Shown: positions 27,718 through 38,236, counted from the first letter of the stretch. The stretch is DNA of 64,000 bases from Deltaproteobacteria bacterium (GCA_016874775.1 VGTJ01000001.1:40887-104886); one strand, 5' to 3'. A program made the numbers and translations. The notes: generated from the letters alone by a model not told the origin.

Positions 27718-29196
27718 ATGAAAAAAAGAACATTACTGGACGAATCTCTCATCTTCGAACGTAGCTCACCAGGCCGTGTCGGTTACTCATTGCCAGAAGA
27801 CGACCTGCCAGAAAGGCAACTCTTACAGGATGTTCCTGTTGATCTGTGCCGTACCGCGCTTGCGGATTTTCCTGAAGTCAGTGAAGGTGAAATCGTTCGC
27901 CATTTTACGCGCTTGTCGCAGTGGAATCTGAGCGCGGCGACGACGCTGTACCCGCTGGGCTCGTGCACCATGAAATATAACCCTATCGTCAATGAGTTAG
28001 TCGCACGGTTCGCTGGATTGGCCCAACTCCATCCTTTGGTGCCAGATGAGTTCGCCCAGGGAGCGCTTGCCTTGCTGTACGATCTTCAGCACCGCCTTGC
28101 CGAAGTCAGTGGTATGGATGCGATAAGTCTGCAGCCTGCAGCCGGTGCCCAGGGTGAACTGACGGGTATGAAGTTAATCCGCGCACATCATGTCGAGCAG
28201 GGGCGACCACGCAAGAAAGTCCTCATTCCTGGGAGTGCGCACGGTACGAATCCAGCCTCAGCCGCATTGTGTGGCTATACAGTGACAGAAGTTCCGACTG
28301 GGGTAGGTGGCATGCTTGAAGCAGCGACTGTCGCGAAGCATGTTGATGATGAAGTTGCAGCACTGATGGTGACAAATCCGAATACACTCGGCTTGTTTGA
28401 GCGCGAGATCGTGCAGACTTGTGAAGTGCTGCATGCGCGGGGCGCATTGGTGTACATGGACGGCGCCAACCTGAATGCGCTCATGGGTGTAGCGAAACCC
28501 GGTCATATGGGCGCAGATGTTATCCAGTTTAATCTGCACAAAACGTTCTCCACGCCACATGGCGGTGGTGGACCTGGGGCTGGTCCTGTCGGGGTCAAAA
28601 AGATTCTGGAACCATACTTGCCAAATCCACGGGTGGTGAAAGAACGTGGGCAGTATCGATGGAGCAATGACTTTCCTCGATCGATTGGCAAGGTTCGGTC
28701 ATTCTACGGCAACTTTGGTATTCTCGTTCGTGCCTATGCGTACATCCTGGCCATGGGAAGCGATGGACTGACTCAGGCAACGCACATGGCTGTGCTCAAT
28801 GCGAATTATCTGCGTAAACGCCTCGAACACGAATTCACCATTGCCGAAGCGACGCCGTGTATGCATGAATGCGTGTTCTCTGACCGTTCATTTACGCACT
28901 CGGGGGTGAAGACGCTAGATATCGCCAAACGTCTCCTCGACTATGGCTTCTATGCGCCCACGATCTATTTCCCACTGGTTGTGAGTGGTGCGTTGATGAT
29001 TGAGCCGACCGAGACTGAGAGCAAAGAAGCACTCGATGAATTTGCTGACGCACTGCTCGCCATTGCGCAAGAGATCAAAGACAACCCTGATACACTCAAG
29101 AACGCGCCGTTACTCACTCCCGTCAGCCGCCTCGACGAAACCCGCGCTGCACGGCATCCGGTGCTGCGGTGGCGGAAAGAACCAATGAAAAATTAA
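27718..29196 (+). CDS. gcvPB: glycine dehydrogenase (decarboxylating) subunit 2
   Basis: The PLP region is LHKTFSTPHGGGGPG. The start is probably at ATG 27718. Confidence 0.9.
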   Translation: MKKRTLLDESLIFERSSPGRVGYSLPEDDLPERQLLQDVPVDLCRTALADFPEVSEGEIVRHFTRLSQWNLSAATTLYPLGSCTMKYNPIVNELVARFAGLAQLHPLVPDEFAQGALALLYDLQHRLAEVSGMDAISLQPAAGAQGELTGMKLIRAHHVEQGRPRKKVLIPGSAHGTNPASAALCGYTVTEVPTGVGGMLEAATVAKHVDDEVAALMVTNPNTLGLFEREIVQTCEVLHARGALVYMDGANLNALMGVAKPGHMGADVIQFNLHKTFSTPHGGGGPGAGPVGVKKILEPYLPNPRVVKERGQYRWSNDFPRSIGKVRSFYGNFGILVRAYAYILAMGSDGLTQATHMAVLNANYLRKRLEHEFTIAEATPCMHECVFSDRSFTHSGVKTLDIAKRLLDYGFYAPTIYFPLVVSGALMIEPTETESKEALDEFADALLAIAQEIKDNPDTLKNAPLLTPVSRLDETRAARHPVLRWRKEPMKN

Positions 29197-29364
29197 AAAT
29201 GAAGAATGAAGAATTGGAAAAGGGAAAAGTACTGCTCTCTTTTTCCGTGGCCCCTTTCTGCATTTTTAATTCTTCCTTTTTCATTTTGTATTCTTGGCGC
29301 TTTCCTTGACAAAACTCTCGATTCACTCTAGGGGCTAGGTATCCTTGTTCGTAGGAGCAACTGT

Positions 29365-30411
29365 ATGAATTTTGGTCTGCTCACCCTGTTCGATTACTAC
29401 CCCGAGGATTGCTCACCCCAAGAATATTACCGCTTTCTATTGGATGAAATCGCGTACGCCGAAGACCTCGGCTTTGACTCGGTGTGGATGGGCGAGCATC
29501 ATTTCTGTAACTACTTATGCCCATCGCCACAGGTGTTTGCTGCCGCAGTGGCCCAACGAACCAAGCGTCTGCGGCTCGGTACGGCGGTTGCCCTGCTGCC
29601 GTTACATGATCCTGTGCGTTTAGCTGAAGATTATGCGATGGTCGATGTGTTGAGTGACGGGCGGCTCGACTTCGGTGTCAGTCGCGGTTTTCAGAAGACT
29701 AGCTATGACGGTTTCGAGCGTTCGATGGATGACAGTCGAGAACGTTTTGCCGAAGGTATCGAGATTATTGATAAAGCATGGTCGCAAGACTCGATCTCTT
29801 ACGAAGGCCAGTATCGACGACTATCGAATGTGTCCGTTTTACCTCGCCCAGTACAGCGTCCTCGCCCACCGATTTGGATTGGCGCGGGACCAACACCTGA
29901 GTCATACGAACTTGCAGCGGCGCATGGCTATAACATCCTGTTGGCTTCGGTATTCGCGCCGATCAAGACGTTCACTCCGTTTGTCAAACTCTATCGCGAG
30001 CGGTTGCAAGCTGCTGGATTCGATCCTGCGCAGATGTCCACTTCTACTGGGAATCACTGCTATGTAGGGACCTCTTCCGCGCAAGCGAAAGAGGTGTGGG
30101 CCAAGCACTACCTGCGCTATTTCCACTTCGTTTCCACCTTAGTGGAAGAGAAAGACTACCAGCAAAACAAACAGTTCAAAGCCTTTGCTGGGGTGAAGAC
30201 ATTTTTAGAAAAGGTTGATTTCGACAAAGCACGTCAGACCCTGGCGATTTGTGGCGATGCCGAAGAATGCATCGATCGTGTGGCGCAAGCCAAAGAAGCC
30301 GTCGGCAACACCCATTACTGGGTCTACTCCGATCTTGGTGGTTTGCCACGAGAAGAAGTGTGGGCGTCATTGCGCCGCTTTGCTGAGAAAGTAATGCCGA
30401 AGTTTCGCTGA
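29365..30411 (+). CDS. LLM-class flavin/F420-dependent oxidoreductase
   Basis: [13 protein letters not shown] is an LLM N-terminal motif. The protein is 348 aa. Confidence 0.85.
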   Translation: MNFGLLTLFDYYPEDCSPQEYYRFLLDEIAYAEDLGFDSVWMGEHHFCNYLCPSPQVFAAAVAQRTKRLRLGTAVALLPLHDPVRLAEDYAMVDVLSDGRLDFGVSRGFQKTSYDGFERSMDDSRERFAEGIEIIDKAWSQDSISYEGQYRRLSNVSVLPRPVQRPRPPIWIGAGPTPESYELAAAHGYNILLASVFAPIKTFTPFVKLYRERLQAAGFDPAQMSTSTGNHCYVGTSSAQAKEVWAKHYLRYFHFVSTLVEEKDYQQNKQFKAFAGVKTFLEKVDFDKARQTLAICGDAEECIDRVAQAKEAVGNTHYWVYSDLGGLPREEVWASLRRFAEKVMPKFR

Positions 30412-30416
30412 GTACT

Positions 30417-32936
30417 GTGGACGCAATACGTATTCGCGGTGCCCGCGAACATAATCTGAAAAATATCTCGGTTGAGATCCCGCGTAACAAACTCGTGGTG
30501 ATTACCGGAGTCTCAGGTTCGGGGAAGTCGTCGCTTGCGTTCGATACGCTCTATGCCGAAGGGCGGCGACGCTATGTCGAGTCGCTTTCCGCCTACGCGC
30601 GACAGTTTCTTGACCAACGGGCAAAACCAGATGTCGACGCTATCGAAGGTCTCTCTCCAGCGATTGCCATCGAACAACGCAGTGCGACGACATCGCCGCG
30701 TTCGACTGTTGCGACGGTAACCGAGATCGCCGATTATTTGCGAGTTCTCTATGCGCGCGTTGGTACACCATACTGCTTGCAGTGTGGACGAATTATTGCC
30801 CACCATAGCGTGCCGCAAATTGTCGATCGGATTGCCAGTCTCCCTGAAGGTTCGCGTTTGCATGTACTGGCGCCGATTCGACTGACTGAGGCGAAAAACT
30901 TTGTTGCGACTGTGCGTGAGTTGCGACAGGCGGGGTTTGTCCGTGTCCGTGTGGGGGAGACCCAGTACGAACTGGCAGAAGAAGCATCGTTGCCGCGAAA
31001 ACCACCGAGTGAATTCGAGATTGTCATTGACCGCTTGATCGTGAGAAGCGGTATTGCCCAGCGTTTGGCGGACTCGCTCGAAACCGCGCTACGTCATGGC
31101 AAAGATGTGGTGAAAATTCTCGTTGGCGAGCATGAGGAATTGTTGTTTACTCAGCGCTTGGTCTGCGCAGCGTGTGGGTTTTCCTATCCTGAACTGACCC
31201 CAGCCTTCTTCTCTCCTAATAGCCCGCAGGGCACATGTGCGGAGTGTGATGGACTGGGGACACAGGTGGTGAAACAAAAGCCTAAGAAGGCAAGGGGCGC
31301 TGCTACAAGTGAAGAGGAGGGAGGAGAAATCACTTCATGCGCTGCGTGTCACGGGACACGGCTGCGATCGGAGGTGCAGGGCATTCGCCTCGCTGAGCGA
31401 GACATTACCCAAGTGCTGCAGATGTCAATCGTCGAGGCGCAGCAGTTTTTTGCTGCGTTGTCGCTCAGCGACCAACAGACCCTGATTGCCCAGCCCTTAC
31501 GTCAAGCGATTGAGCTACGCCTGCAATTTCTCCTGAATATTGGTTTGAACTATCTTTCCCTTGATCGCCCCGCAAACACTCTTTCCGGTGGAGAAGTACA
31601 ACGGGTGCGACTCGCAACGCAAATCGGAGGTGGGCTCTCTGGCGTTTTGTATGTGCTCGATGAACCGTCGATTGGGCTCCATCAACGTGACACTGAGCGT
31701 TTGCTGAGTGCGTTACGGGAATTGCGCGATCAAGGGAACTCGCTCGTTGTCGTAGAGCATGATCCTGAAACGATCTTGGCGGCTGATTATCTGCTCGATC
31801 TTGGTCCAGGCGCTGGAGCGCAAGGTGGTGAACTCTTGGCTGTCGGAACACCACAGGAAGTGATAGCCTCGCCTGCGTCAATTACAGGTAGTTATCTTCG
31901 TGGGGAGACGAAAATCCCTCTCCTAAAACAGCGACGAGCCGCGCAACAGTGGCTCACGCTTGCTGATGTGACGCTGCATAACCTCAAGAACGTTACCGCT
32001 CAATTCCCGCTTGGTACGCTTACCTGTGTGACCGGTGTCTCAGGTTCAGGAAAAAGCTCGCTGGTGATGGATGTGCTGTACCCACAGGTGACAATTCTAT
32101 TGAACAAAAGGCAGGAAGGCGAAAAGGGCGTCAAACTGTCAGGCTGGCAGCAACTGAAGAGTGTCATTCGCGTCGATCAAGCTCCGATTAGTCGCACGCC
32201 GAATTCCAATGTTGCAACTTATCTTGGCTTGCTCAATCCAATACGCGACCTCTTTGCGCAATTGCCTGAAGCGCGGGTGCGCGGCTATGGACCAGAACGG
32301 TTCTCCTTCAACGTGAAAGGTGGTCGGTGCGAAGCTTGTGAAGGTGACGGGGTCGTTGCAGTCGAAATGCATCTGCTGCCAGATTTATATGTTGAGTGTG
32401 ATGTCTGTCACAGTACTCGCTACAACCGCGAAACCTTAGAAGTGCGCTTCCGGGGAAAAAATATTGCTGAGGTGCTCAGCCTGTCAGTTGCTGAAGCGCT
32501 GGCTTTTGGTGGTGACGTTCCGCTGCTGCGCCCTAAACTCGAAACTCTGCGTGATGTCGGCTTGGAATATCTCCGCTTAGGACAGCCAGCGCCAACGCTT
32601 TCTGGCGGAGAAGCGCAGCGTCTCAAGCTGGCCAAGGAACTGAGCCGTAAAGCATCTGGTCACACGCTGTATATCCTCGACGAACCAACCACAGGTCTCC
32701 ATTTTGCTGATATTCATCGTTTACTGCATGTTCTGCAAATGTTGGTCGAAGGCGGGCATACGGTCATTGTCATCGAGCATAATCTCGAAGTGATTAAGAC
32801 GGCCGACTACGTCATTGATCTTGGCCCCGAAGGCGGTATAGAAGGCGGAGAGATTGTTGCGGTCGGAACACCGGAAGAGATTGCGCAGGTGGAACGTTCG
32901 CATACGGGACGGTTTTTACGGTCGGTGCTTAGGTAG
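30417..32936 (+). CDS. UvrA-like ABC ATPase, short (class II, ~839 aa) paralog
   Basis: The GTG start gives [53 protein letters not shown]. It has two ABC modules and Zn-finger cysteines. At 839 aa it is shorter than canonical UvrA (about 940 aa), which suggests the UvrB-binding domain is missing. Confidence 0.85.
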   Translation: MDAIRIRGAREHNLKNISVEIPRNKLVVITGVSGSGKSSLAFDTLYAEGRRRYVESLSAYARQFLDQRAKPDVDAIEGLSPAIAIEQRSATTSPRSTVATVTEIADYLRVLYARVGTPYCLQCGRIIAHHSVPQIVDRIASLPEGSRLHVLAPIRLTEAKNFVATVRELRQAGFVRVRVGETQYELAEEASLPRKPPSEFEIVIDRLIVRSGIAQRLADSLETALRHGKDVVKILVGEHEELLFTQRLVCAACGFSYPELTPAFFSPNSPQGTCAECDGLGTQVVKQKPKKARGAATSEEEGGEITSCAACHGTRLRSEVQGIRLAERDITQVLQMSIVEAQQFFAALSLSDQQTLIAQPLRQAIELRLQFLLNIGLNYLSLDRPANTLSGGEVQRVRLATQIGGGLSGVLYVLDEPSIGLHQRDTERLLSALRELRDQGNSLVVVEHDPETILAADYLLDLGPGAGAQGGELLAVGTPQEVIASPASITGSYLRGETKIPLLKQRRAAQQWLTLADVTLHNLKNVTAQFPLGTLTCVTGVSGSGKSSLVMDVLYPQVTILLNKRQEGEKGVKLSGWQQLKSVIRVDQAPISRTPNSNVATYLGLLNPIRDLFAQLPEARVRGYGPERFSFNVKGGRCEACEGDGVVAVEMHLLPDLYVECDVCHSTRYNRETLEVRFRGKNIAEVLSLSVAEALAFGGDVPLLRPKLETLRDVGLEYLRLGQPAPTLSGGEAQRLKLAKELSRKASGHTLYILDEPTTGLHFADIHRLLHVLQMLVEGGHTVIVIEHNLEVIKTADYVIDLGPEGGIEGGEIVAVGTPEEIAQVERSHTGRFLRSVLR

Positions 32937-33002
32937 TGTAGACCATATGATTACCGACAAATTGGATGAGGGATTGGTCATTAAACAGACTTCCAGGATC
33001 CT

Positions 33003-33215
33003 TCACTCAGGTTTCAGGATTCCAGCGTATCCCCCATCGCGTTTTAAGCTTTTCACAAAGACAGTAACTGGTTGTTTTTTTGATTCTTGTTGATTTAATA
33101 ACTGCAAGATCTGCTGTGCCACTCGAGTGGCGAAAACGTTAGGTGCCAATCCTGGAGAAAAACCATAACCCCCTTCTTTGGCACGACATGAAGAGACAAA
33201 GTTCATGATACCCAT
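33003..33215 (-). CDS. in-frame continuation of the same toroid-repeat protein after the internal TGA
   Basis: The region 33003-33242 is in the same frame as 33243..34130 (..WYVP*RLDTLSGYPMGIMNF...). It encodes a further PFTB-type repeat, EGGYGFSPGLAPNVFATRVAQQILQLL. Confidence 0.45.
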   Translation of the reverse strand: MGIMNFVSSCRAKEGGYGFSPGLAPNVFATRVAQQILQLLNQQESKKQPVTVFVKSLKRDGGYAGILKPE

Positions 33216-33242
33216 AGGATAGCCACTAAGCGTGTCAAGCCT

Positions 33243-34130
33243 TCATGGGACATACCATTTGTGTTCGTTTACTTTTCTTGCTGGATCGAGATTTAGAATA
33301 GCATGAGTGTGAATGAGATTTGGACGAGCCTTCGGGAGAGTAGAAAAAGCACATTCTTCTTTTGACCAGCAGGCTAGAACGAAACTCTCTATTTTCTCAA
33401 AATAGGAGTTAAGTTCTTTGCCAATTTCTAATGTAGCGGCAAGGCGCGCCGCAAATATACAAGCTGTCAAACAAATGTCTGGAGAGTTGGGGGCAAGAGC
33501 AAAAGAAGCTAAACTTGATTCACGATTATATGAGGGTTGGTATGCTTTTCGGTAACAAGCAACAATATAATTATAAATAGGTTCGCGGAAGTCCTGAACG
33601 GGTTCGCCAAGTTGCCGTAAGATTAATAGGCAGACATGAAGATCAACCAAATCACCCTCATGCGAGCGGTTCTTGGTAATTGCCGACAAATCGGTACGAA
33701 CCTGATCCGTCATTTCTCTCCTGTCTTTTTCAGAAAACCATCCTTCTTCCTCTACCTCTTTGATTTTTGTGCTGAGTGGTGTGTCACATGGCAAATCGAT
33801 CATCGCCTTGATTACGACAATTTTCGCCCTGAAATCTTGAAGTTTACGCTTTAACCCACTTCTTAGGCCATGCTCATTTACGAAGTTGAAGAGGGAGTCC
33901 TTATGGAAATCAGTTTTCTGGTTGAGGAGTTGTTCTACCTCAACAGCGTGGCTTGTTGCAACGAGAGACGGGTTGTCCCATTGAGAGACTTCTTCAATGA
34001 ACGCCGCCTCAAACTTGAGATCTTCCGTAACGACAGGAGGATTAGACTGCCGTCGGTTACGCAAGAGAGAGAAGAGCCAGTCGAATAAGAAGAAGGACAC
34101 GGATGCAATGAAGAAAATGGCCGAAACCAA
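33243..34130 (-). CDS. membrane-anchored prenyltransferase/squalene-cyclase-type repeat (alpha/alpha toroid) protein, main part
   Basis: An N-terminal TM segment (IFFIASVSFFLFDWLFSLL) is followed by repeats of the PFTB type, for example SLASFALAPNSPDICLTACIFAARLAATL and CAFSTLPKARPNLIHTHAILNL. The gene ends at a TGA at 33243-33245, and the same reading frame continues past that TGA. The locus is AT-rich. Confidence 0.55.
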   Translation of the reverse strand: MVSAIFFIASVSFFLFDWLFSLLRNRRQSNPPVVTEDLKFEAAFIEEVSQWDNPSLVATSHAVEVEQLLNQKTDFHKDSLFNFVNEHGLRSGLKRKLQDFRAKIVVIKAMIDLPCDTPLSTKIKEVEEEGWFSEKDRREMTDQVRTDLSAITKNRSHEGDLVDLHVCLLILRQLGEPVQDFREPIYNYIVACYRKAYQPSYNRESSLASFALAPNSPDICLTACIFAARLAATLEIGKELNSYFEKIESFVLACWSKEECAFSTLPKARPNLIHTHAILNLDPARKVNEHKWYVP

Positions 34131-34175
34131 AAAAAAGAGGAAAAAATAAGTTCATCACAGTAACCTTTTCTCGTT

Positions 34176-34751
34176 CTAGCTAGCGATCCTAAAAAGAAAA
34201 TGAAACGCTAGCGGAAAAACGAGAGAACATGCAGCAATACCAAACAAAAAAACGTGCCGGAAAGAGGTCACTTTGTTTGATGAAGTAAAAACTCGAGTAC
34301 AGAATAGAAAAATAAACACAATAACCACAAGAGACAAGGTAAGCATCGCCTTCTCACAGTCGAGGGAAGCTTGGTTATCGCACTTTCGCCCCATGATGAC
34401 AGCAAGCTTTGTTTGACCGCCAGGCTTTGGAAGGATCCAAGAAGAAAATAACGAAACAAGAGAAACGTTGAGGAAATTCTGAGTGGCGCTTCCGATATCT
34501 TTCCATGATCTCCGTACGCTTTTCTTTGGACTTCTAGAGGCAGGTTTTGCGTACCATGGATCCTGACGATTGGTTCTTAATCTTCTGTGGAAAAAAAGAG
34601 TTATACTTCTTAGTGATGGTTCATTTTGTACTCTCCTGACATCAACGAAAGAGAAATGCGCACTCATCATGACAGTAATGGCTAAGGGAAGAAAGACTGT
34701 ATATATACAAAAATTCATTGTCATTACGTCTTTGAGGATGTCGAACACCAT
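34176..34751 (-). CDS. 4-TM integral membrane protein, unknown function (co-directional with the toroid-repeat gene in the AT-rich island)
   Basis: 191 aa with four hydrophobic helices and a basic loop (RRLRTNRQDPWYAKPASRSPKKSVRRSWKD). Confidence 0.5.
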   Translation of the reverse strand: MVFDILKDVMTMNFCIYTVFLPLAITVMMSAHFSFVDVRRVQNEPSLRSITLFFHRRLRTNRQDPWYAKPASRSPKKSVRRSWKDIGSATQNFLNVSLVSLFSSWILPKPGGQTKLAVIMGRKCDNQASLDCEKAMLTLSLVVIVFIFLFCTRVFTSSNKVTSFRHVFLFGIAACSLVFPLAFHFLFRIAS

Positions 34752-34943
34752 ACTTGTTGTGACCTTTTGACGGAAATCTAGCGGTTTATTTCAGATAGAG
34801 CGAAGGGTTGTCAAGCTATTCGCTTCAGAAAGAGCGTGAGTTCAAGCATAGAAACAAAGCAGACTCTTCAAACAAAAGCCCCAGGTTCCCTTGACAGCTC
34901 TCAGCCTGCATCTTATCGTAGACTTGTAAGGTCCATTTTAAGA

Positions 34944-35012
34944 CACGTAAAACGTACCCAGTAAAACGTAATAAGGAAGAGTGGGGTGGTTACGCATCAC
35001 GTTTTACGTTTT
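34944..35012. promoter_or_regulatory. cluster of gtaaaacgta motifs (two direct, one inverted) in the iscA leader
   Basis: The copies are acacgtaaaacgtaccc, agtaaaacgtaat and cacgttttacgtttt. A related gcgtaaaacgtaatacgtaacc occurs after gcvPA at 27645-27668. Confidence 0.35.
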
Positions 35013-35028
35013 CTGCAGGAAGAAAAGC

Positions 35029-35361
35029 ATGGCGCAAGCGACAATTGATATCAGTGAGAATGCGGCAAAGAAGATTCAGTCACTCTTGGCTCAACAGGAA
35101 AAAGACGCACAGGGGCTGAGGGTCAAGGTTGTTGGCGGGGGGTGTTCAGGGCTCTCGTACAAGATGGACCTTGATGTCCAACGTGATGGTGACCGAGTCT
35201 TTGAGCGCGATAACGTTAAAGTGATTGTTGATCGCAAAAGTTTTATTTATCTCCGCGGCACCGAGCTAGACTACGCTGACGGGCTGATGGACTCTGGGTT
35301 CAAACTACAAAACCCTAACGTCAAACGCTCGTGTGGCTGTGGTAGCTCGTTCTCGGTGTAA
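35029..35361 (+). CDS. iscA: A-type iron-sulfur carrier (IscA/ErpA/HesB family)
   Basis: VGGGCSGLSYKMDLD and the C-terminal CGCGSSFSV give the three conserved Cys. Confidence 0.9.
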   Translation: MAQATIDISENAAKKIQSLLAQQEKDAQGLRVKVVGGGCSGLSYKMDLDVQRDGDRVFERDNVKVIVDRKSFIYLRGTELDYADGLMDSGFKLQNPNVKRSCGCGSSFSV

Positions 35362-35378
35362 GCCGCGCTGTATGATGC

Positions 35379-36038
35379 ATGACTACTGTTGCTGTTCTGC
35401 GGTGTTGGCGGTGTGCCCATGAGCATTCCGCCACACTCTTCTGCCCGCGCTGCTCTGCCGTTCAACCCCTCCCACCTCAGACCGATTATTTCACTGTTTT
35501 TGGCTTACCCCTTCGACCAGCAATCGATGAAGCTGGGCTGACTCAGCGGTATTACGACCTCAGCCGCCGTCTTCATCCTGACCTGTACCAGGCTGGCACT
35601 GCAGAAGAAAAAGACGCGAGTCTGAAAAATACGGTTCTTTTGAATCGCGCGTATCGGACCTTGCGGGATCTGATTACGCGTGGTCAATACTGGCTTGAAA
35701 TGCAAGGCGAAGCCCTCGGGAAGGAGAACAACCGTGTCCCGCCGACGCTTGCTGCCTTGGTGTTCGAGGTACAAGAGAAATTGGCCGAGATCCGTGATGC
35801 GCGAGCTGCAGGTGACGGTGAGGTCGATATCGCTACTCTGACGGAAATTCGCGCTGACCTGGATGGACAAATGCAGCGACTCCGTACCGCCTTAGTTGGG
35901 AATCTTGAGCAGTGGCCTGAGCCCTCGCGCTCGCAAGAATTACTTGTGCAACTGAAACGGTTATTATCTGAAATTGCTTATTTGCGTACCTTGTTACGTG
36001 ATGTGGAAAAAGAGAGTGAGGTTTCGTGGAACGCATAG
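35379..36038 (+). CDS. hscB: Fe-S co-chaperone HscB (J-domain) with an N-terminal Cys4 zinc finger
   Basis: CWRC...CPRC is followed by the J-domain [35 protein letters not shown]. Confidence 0.85.
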   Translation: MTTVAVLRCWRCAHEHSATLFCPRCSAVQPLPPQTDYFTVFGLPLRPAIDEAGLTQRYYDLSRRLHPDLYQAGTAEEKDASLKNTVLLNRAYRTLRDLITRGQYWLEMQGEALGKENNRVPPTLAALVFEVQEKLAEIRDARAAGDGEVDIATLTEIRADLDGQMQRLRTALVGNLEQWPEPSRSQELLVQLKRLLSEIAYLRTLLRDVEKESEVSWNA

Positions 36039-37837
36039 TTGGTATCGACCTTGGAACAACCAACAGTCTGATTGCTTTTGTAGATGGCGAGACACCACGT
36101 GTGATCGCTGATCCTACTAGCGGTGATCCATTGCTTCCCTCGGTCGTTGCATTTCTTACCAACGGCCAGATTGAGGTTGGACAGGAGGCCAAGGCGCTTC
36201 TTGCCGACCAGCCACTGACAACGATTCAATCGGTGAAACGCTTCATGGGATTAGGCATGGAGCATGTTAATGTGGAAGACCGTCGACGCTATCGTTTTGC
36301 TGATGAAGGTGGTGTTGTCCGCTTCGCGTTGCCAGGCCATCCCTATACTGCACCGGAAGTGTCTGCCTTTATCTTACGAGCCTTGCGAGATCGCGCAGCA
36401 GTGTACTTAAAAGAACCCATCAATAAAGTAGTGATTACTGTTCCTGCGTATTTTAACGACTCGCAACGACAAGCCACGAAGGATGCCGGTCGATTAGCAG
36501 GGCTAGAAGTGGTGCGCTTAGTCAATGAGCCCACTGCCGCATCGCTTGCCTACGGCCTTGATAAGAAGGAAGAGGGGCTTATTGCTGTCTATGATTTGGG
36601 TGGCGGCACCTTCGACATTTCGATCTTGCGATTGCACACCGGAATCTTTGAAGTCCTGTCGACCAATGGTGATACGCGACTGGGTGGGGATGATATCGAC
36701 CAGCGGATCGCAGAACGGTTTCTTCTGGTAGGCCTTCCTGAAGCAGTACAGCATGATCCGCACGTTGCCAGTAGTGCCCGGCGTGTGGCCGAACAAGCAA
36801 AGCGAGCCCTCTCTGACAACGATGACACGCAACTGCGCTTAGAAGTGCCGGAGAAGAAGGTGTCGATTACGCGAACCCTCGCGCGCAAAGAGTTAGAAGC
36901 TGCGGTTGATGATATCGTTGCACGGACCTTAGCTCCGTGCCGACAAGCATTAAAAGACGCCGGCCTTGAACCACGCGAGATCGATGAAGTGGTGATGGTG
37001 GGTGGCTCGACGCGGATGCCGTTGGTGCGCCGGCGTGTTGGTGAGTTCTTTGGTCGCAAGCCACTGACTGACCTCAACCCTGACGAAGTTGTTGCGTTGG
37101 GGGCAGCAGTACAAGCCGATACACTTGCCGGACGTCGTAAAGACATGTTGCTGCTTGATGTGGTGCCGCTCTCGCTGGGTATTGAGACGATGGGCGGAGT
37201 AATGAGTCGCCTGATCGAACGCAATACGACGATTCCCACGAGTGTGAAAGAAACCTATACGACAGCAGTGGATGACCAGACCGCGGTCGATATACACGTT
37301 CTGCAAGGCGAGCGTGAATTGGTGCAGGATTGCCGCAGCCTCGCGCGCTTCAAAGTGCCGATCGATCCCCAACCAGCGGGAATGCCGCGTATCGAAGTGA
37401 CGTTCATGATCGATGCGAATGGCATCCTCAATGTTGCCGCTTTAGATATGCGCACAGGGCGTGAGCGTTCAGTCGAGGTCAAACCTTCATATGGGTTGAC
37501 TGATGAAGAAATTGAGCGGTTGCTCGAAGAGTCGATCGATTTTGCCGAAGACGATGTCACTCGCAGATTGATCATCGAAGCGCGCACGGAAGCAGATACC
37601 TTACTGCATGTGACAGAAAAGCAATTGCAGCAACACGCTGCGTTTCTTCAGCTTGGCGAAGAAGCGAAGATTCGCGCTGTCGTGGCGGCTCTCAAAGAAG
37701 CGAAAGAGGGCGAGGACTATAATCGCACTCGTGACCTGATTGAAGAATTAGGGACGACCTCAGCACCTTTTGCGCAGCGGATTATGGATACCTCGATTGG
37801 TGAAGCATTGGGAGGAAGAGAGTTGGGAAGGGTGTAG
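36026..37837 (+). CDS. hscA: Fe-S chaperone HscA (Hsp70 family)
   Basis: [18 protein letters not shown] and [12 protein letters not shown] are Hsp70 signatures. The start overlaps the hscB stop. Confidence 0.9.
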   Translation: MERIVGIDLGTTNSLIAFVDGETPRVIADPTSGDPLLPSVVAFLTNGQIEVGQEAKALLADQPLTTIQSVKRFMGLGMEHVNVEDRRRYRFADEGGVVRFALPGHPYTAPEVSAFILRALRDRAAVYLKEPINKVVITVPAYFNDSQRQATKDAGRLAGLEVVRLVNEPTAASLAYGLDKKEEGLIAVYDLGGGTFDISILRLHTGIFEVLSTNGDTRLGGDDIDQRIAERFLLVGLPEAVQHDPHVASSARRVAEQAKRALSDNDDTQLRLEVPEKKVSITRTLARKELEAAVDDIVARTLAPCRQALKDAGLEPREIDEVVMVGGSTRMPLVRRRVGEFFGRKPLTDLNPDEVVALGAAVQADTLAGRRKDMLLLDVVPLSLGIETMGGVMSRLIERNTTIPTSVKETYTTAVDDQTAVDIHVLQGERELVQDCRSLARFKVPIDPQPAGMPRIEVTFMIDANGILNVAALDMRTGRERSVEVKPSYGLTDEEIERLLEESIDFAEDDVTRRLIIEARTEADTLLHVTEKQLQQHAAFLQLGEEAKIRAVVAALKEAKEGEDYNRTRDLIEELGTTSAPFAQRIMDTSIGEALGGRELGRV

Positions 37838-37914
37838 CTGCTGGGAGTGCGGGCGTCCCGCCCGCAAAAAAGGCGACCGAGACGGTCGCGCTCCCGGGAA
37901 CAAGTGAGGAATAT

Positions 37915-38127
37915 ATGAAACTCTACTGGGACACTCCCGAAGATATTGCTGAACAACTTTTCGAAGCTCACGCTGAGATTGACCCACTCACCGTGCGTTT
38001 TACTGACTTACATCGTTGGATAATAGAGCTGGAAGGGTTCGCAGATGACCCAAAAGCATCCAGTGAAGGAAAACTAGAAAAAATTCAAATGACCTGGCTA
38101 GAACTCTACAAAGAACAAAACGAATGA
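37915..38127 (+). CDS. iscX: Fe-S assembly protein IscX (YfhJ)
   Basis: The 70-aa MKLYWDTPEDIAEQLFEAHAEIDPLTVRFTDLHRWIIELEGFADDP matches E. coli IscX closely. Confidence 0.8.
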   Translation: MKLYWDTPEDIAEQLFEAHAEIDPLTVRFTDLHRWIIELEGFADDPKASSEGKLEKIQMTWLELYKEQNE

Positions 38128-38236
38128 TATACACTATGTAGTGTTGTCTAGAGTCCAGCCCGTAAGGGCTGTTGGTTGTGGTGGATGTGGCGATCAAGGA
38201 AGTGATCCTTGGTCAGAAAGGGTAGGAGGCTTCAGT

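Noticed and set aside
33216-33245. Selenocysteine insertion at the internal TGA of the toroid-repeat gene
   Set aside because: No convincing SECIS-like stem-loop lies immediately downstream and no selenium-utilisation genes are in the window. It is kept only as a low-probability alternative.
37847-37872. GC hairpin gcgggcgtcccgcccgc after hscA as a rho-independent terminator
   Set aside because: It is followed by an A-tract rather than a T-tract on the coding strand, so it is not a canonical terminator. It may be a structural element only.
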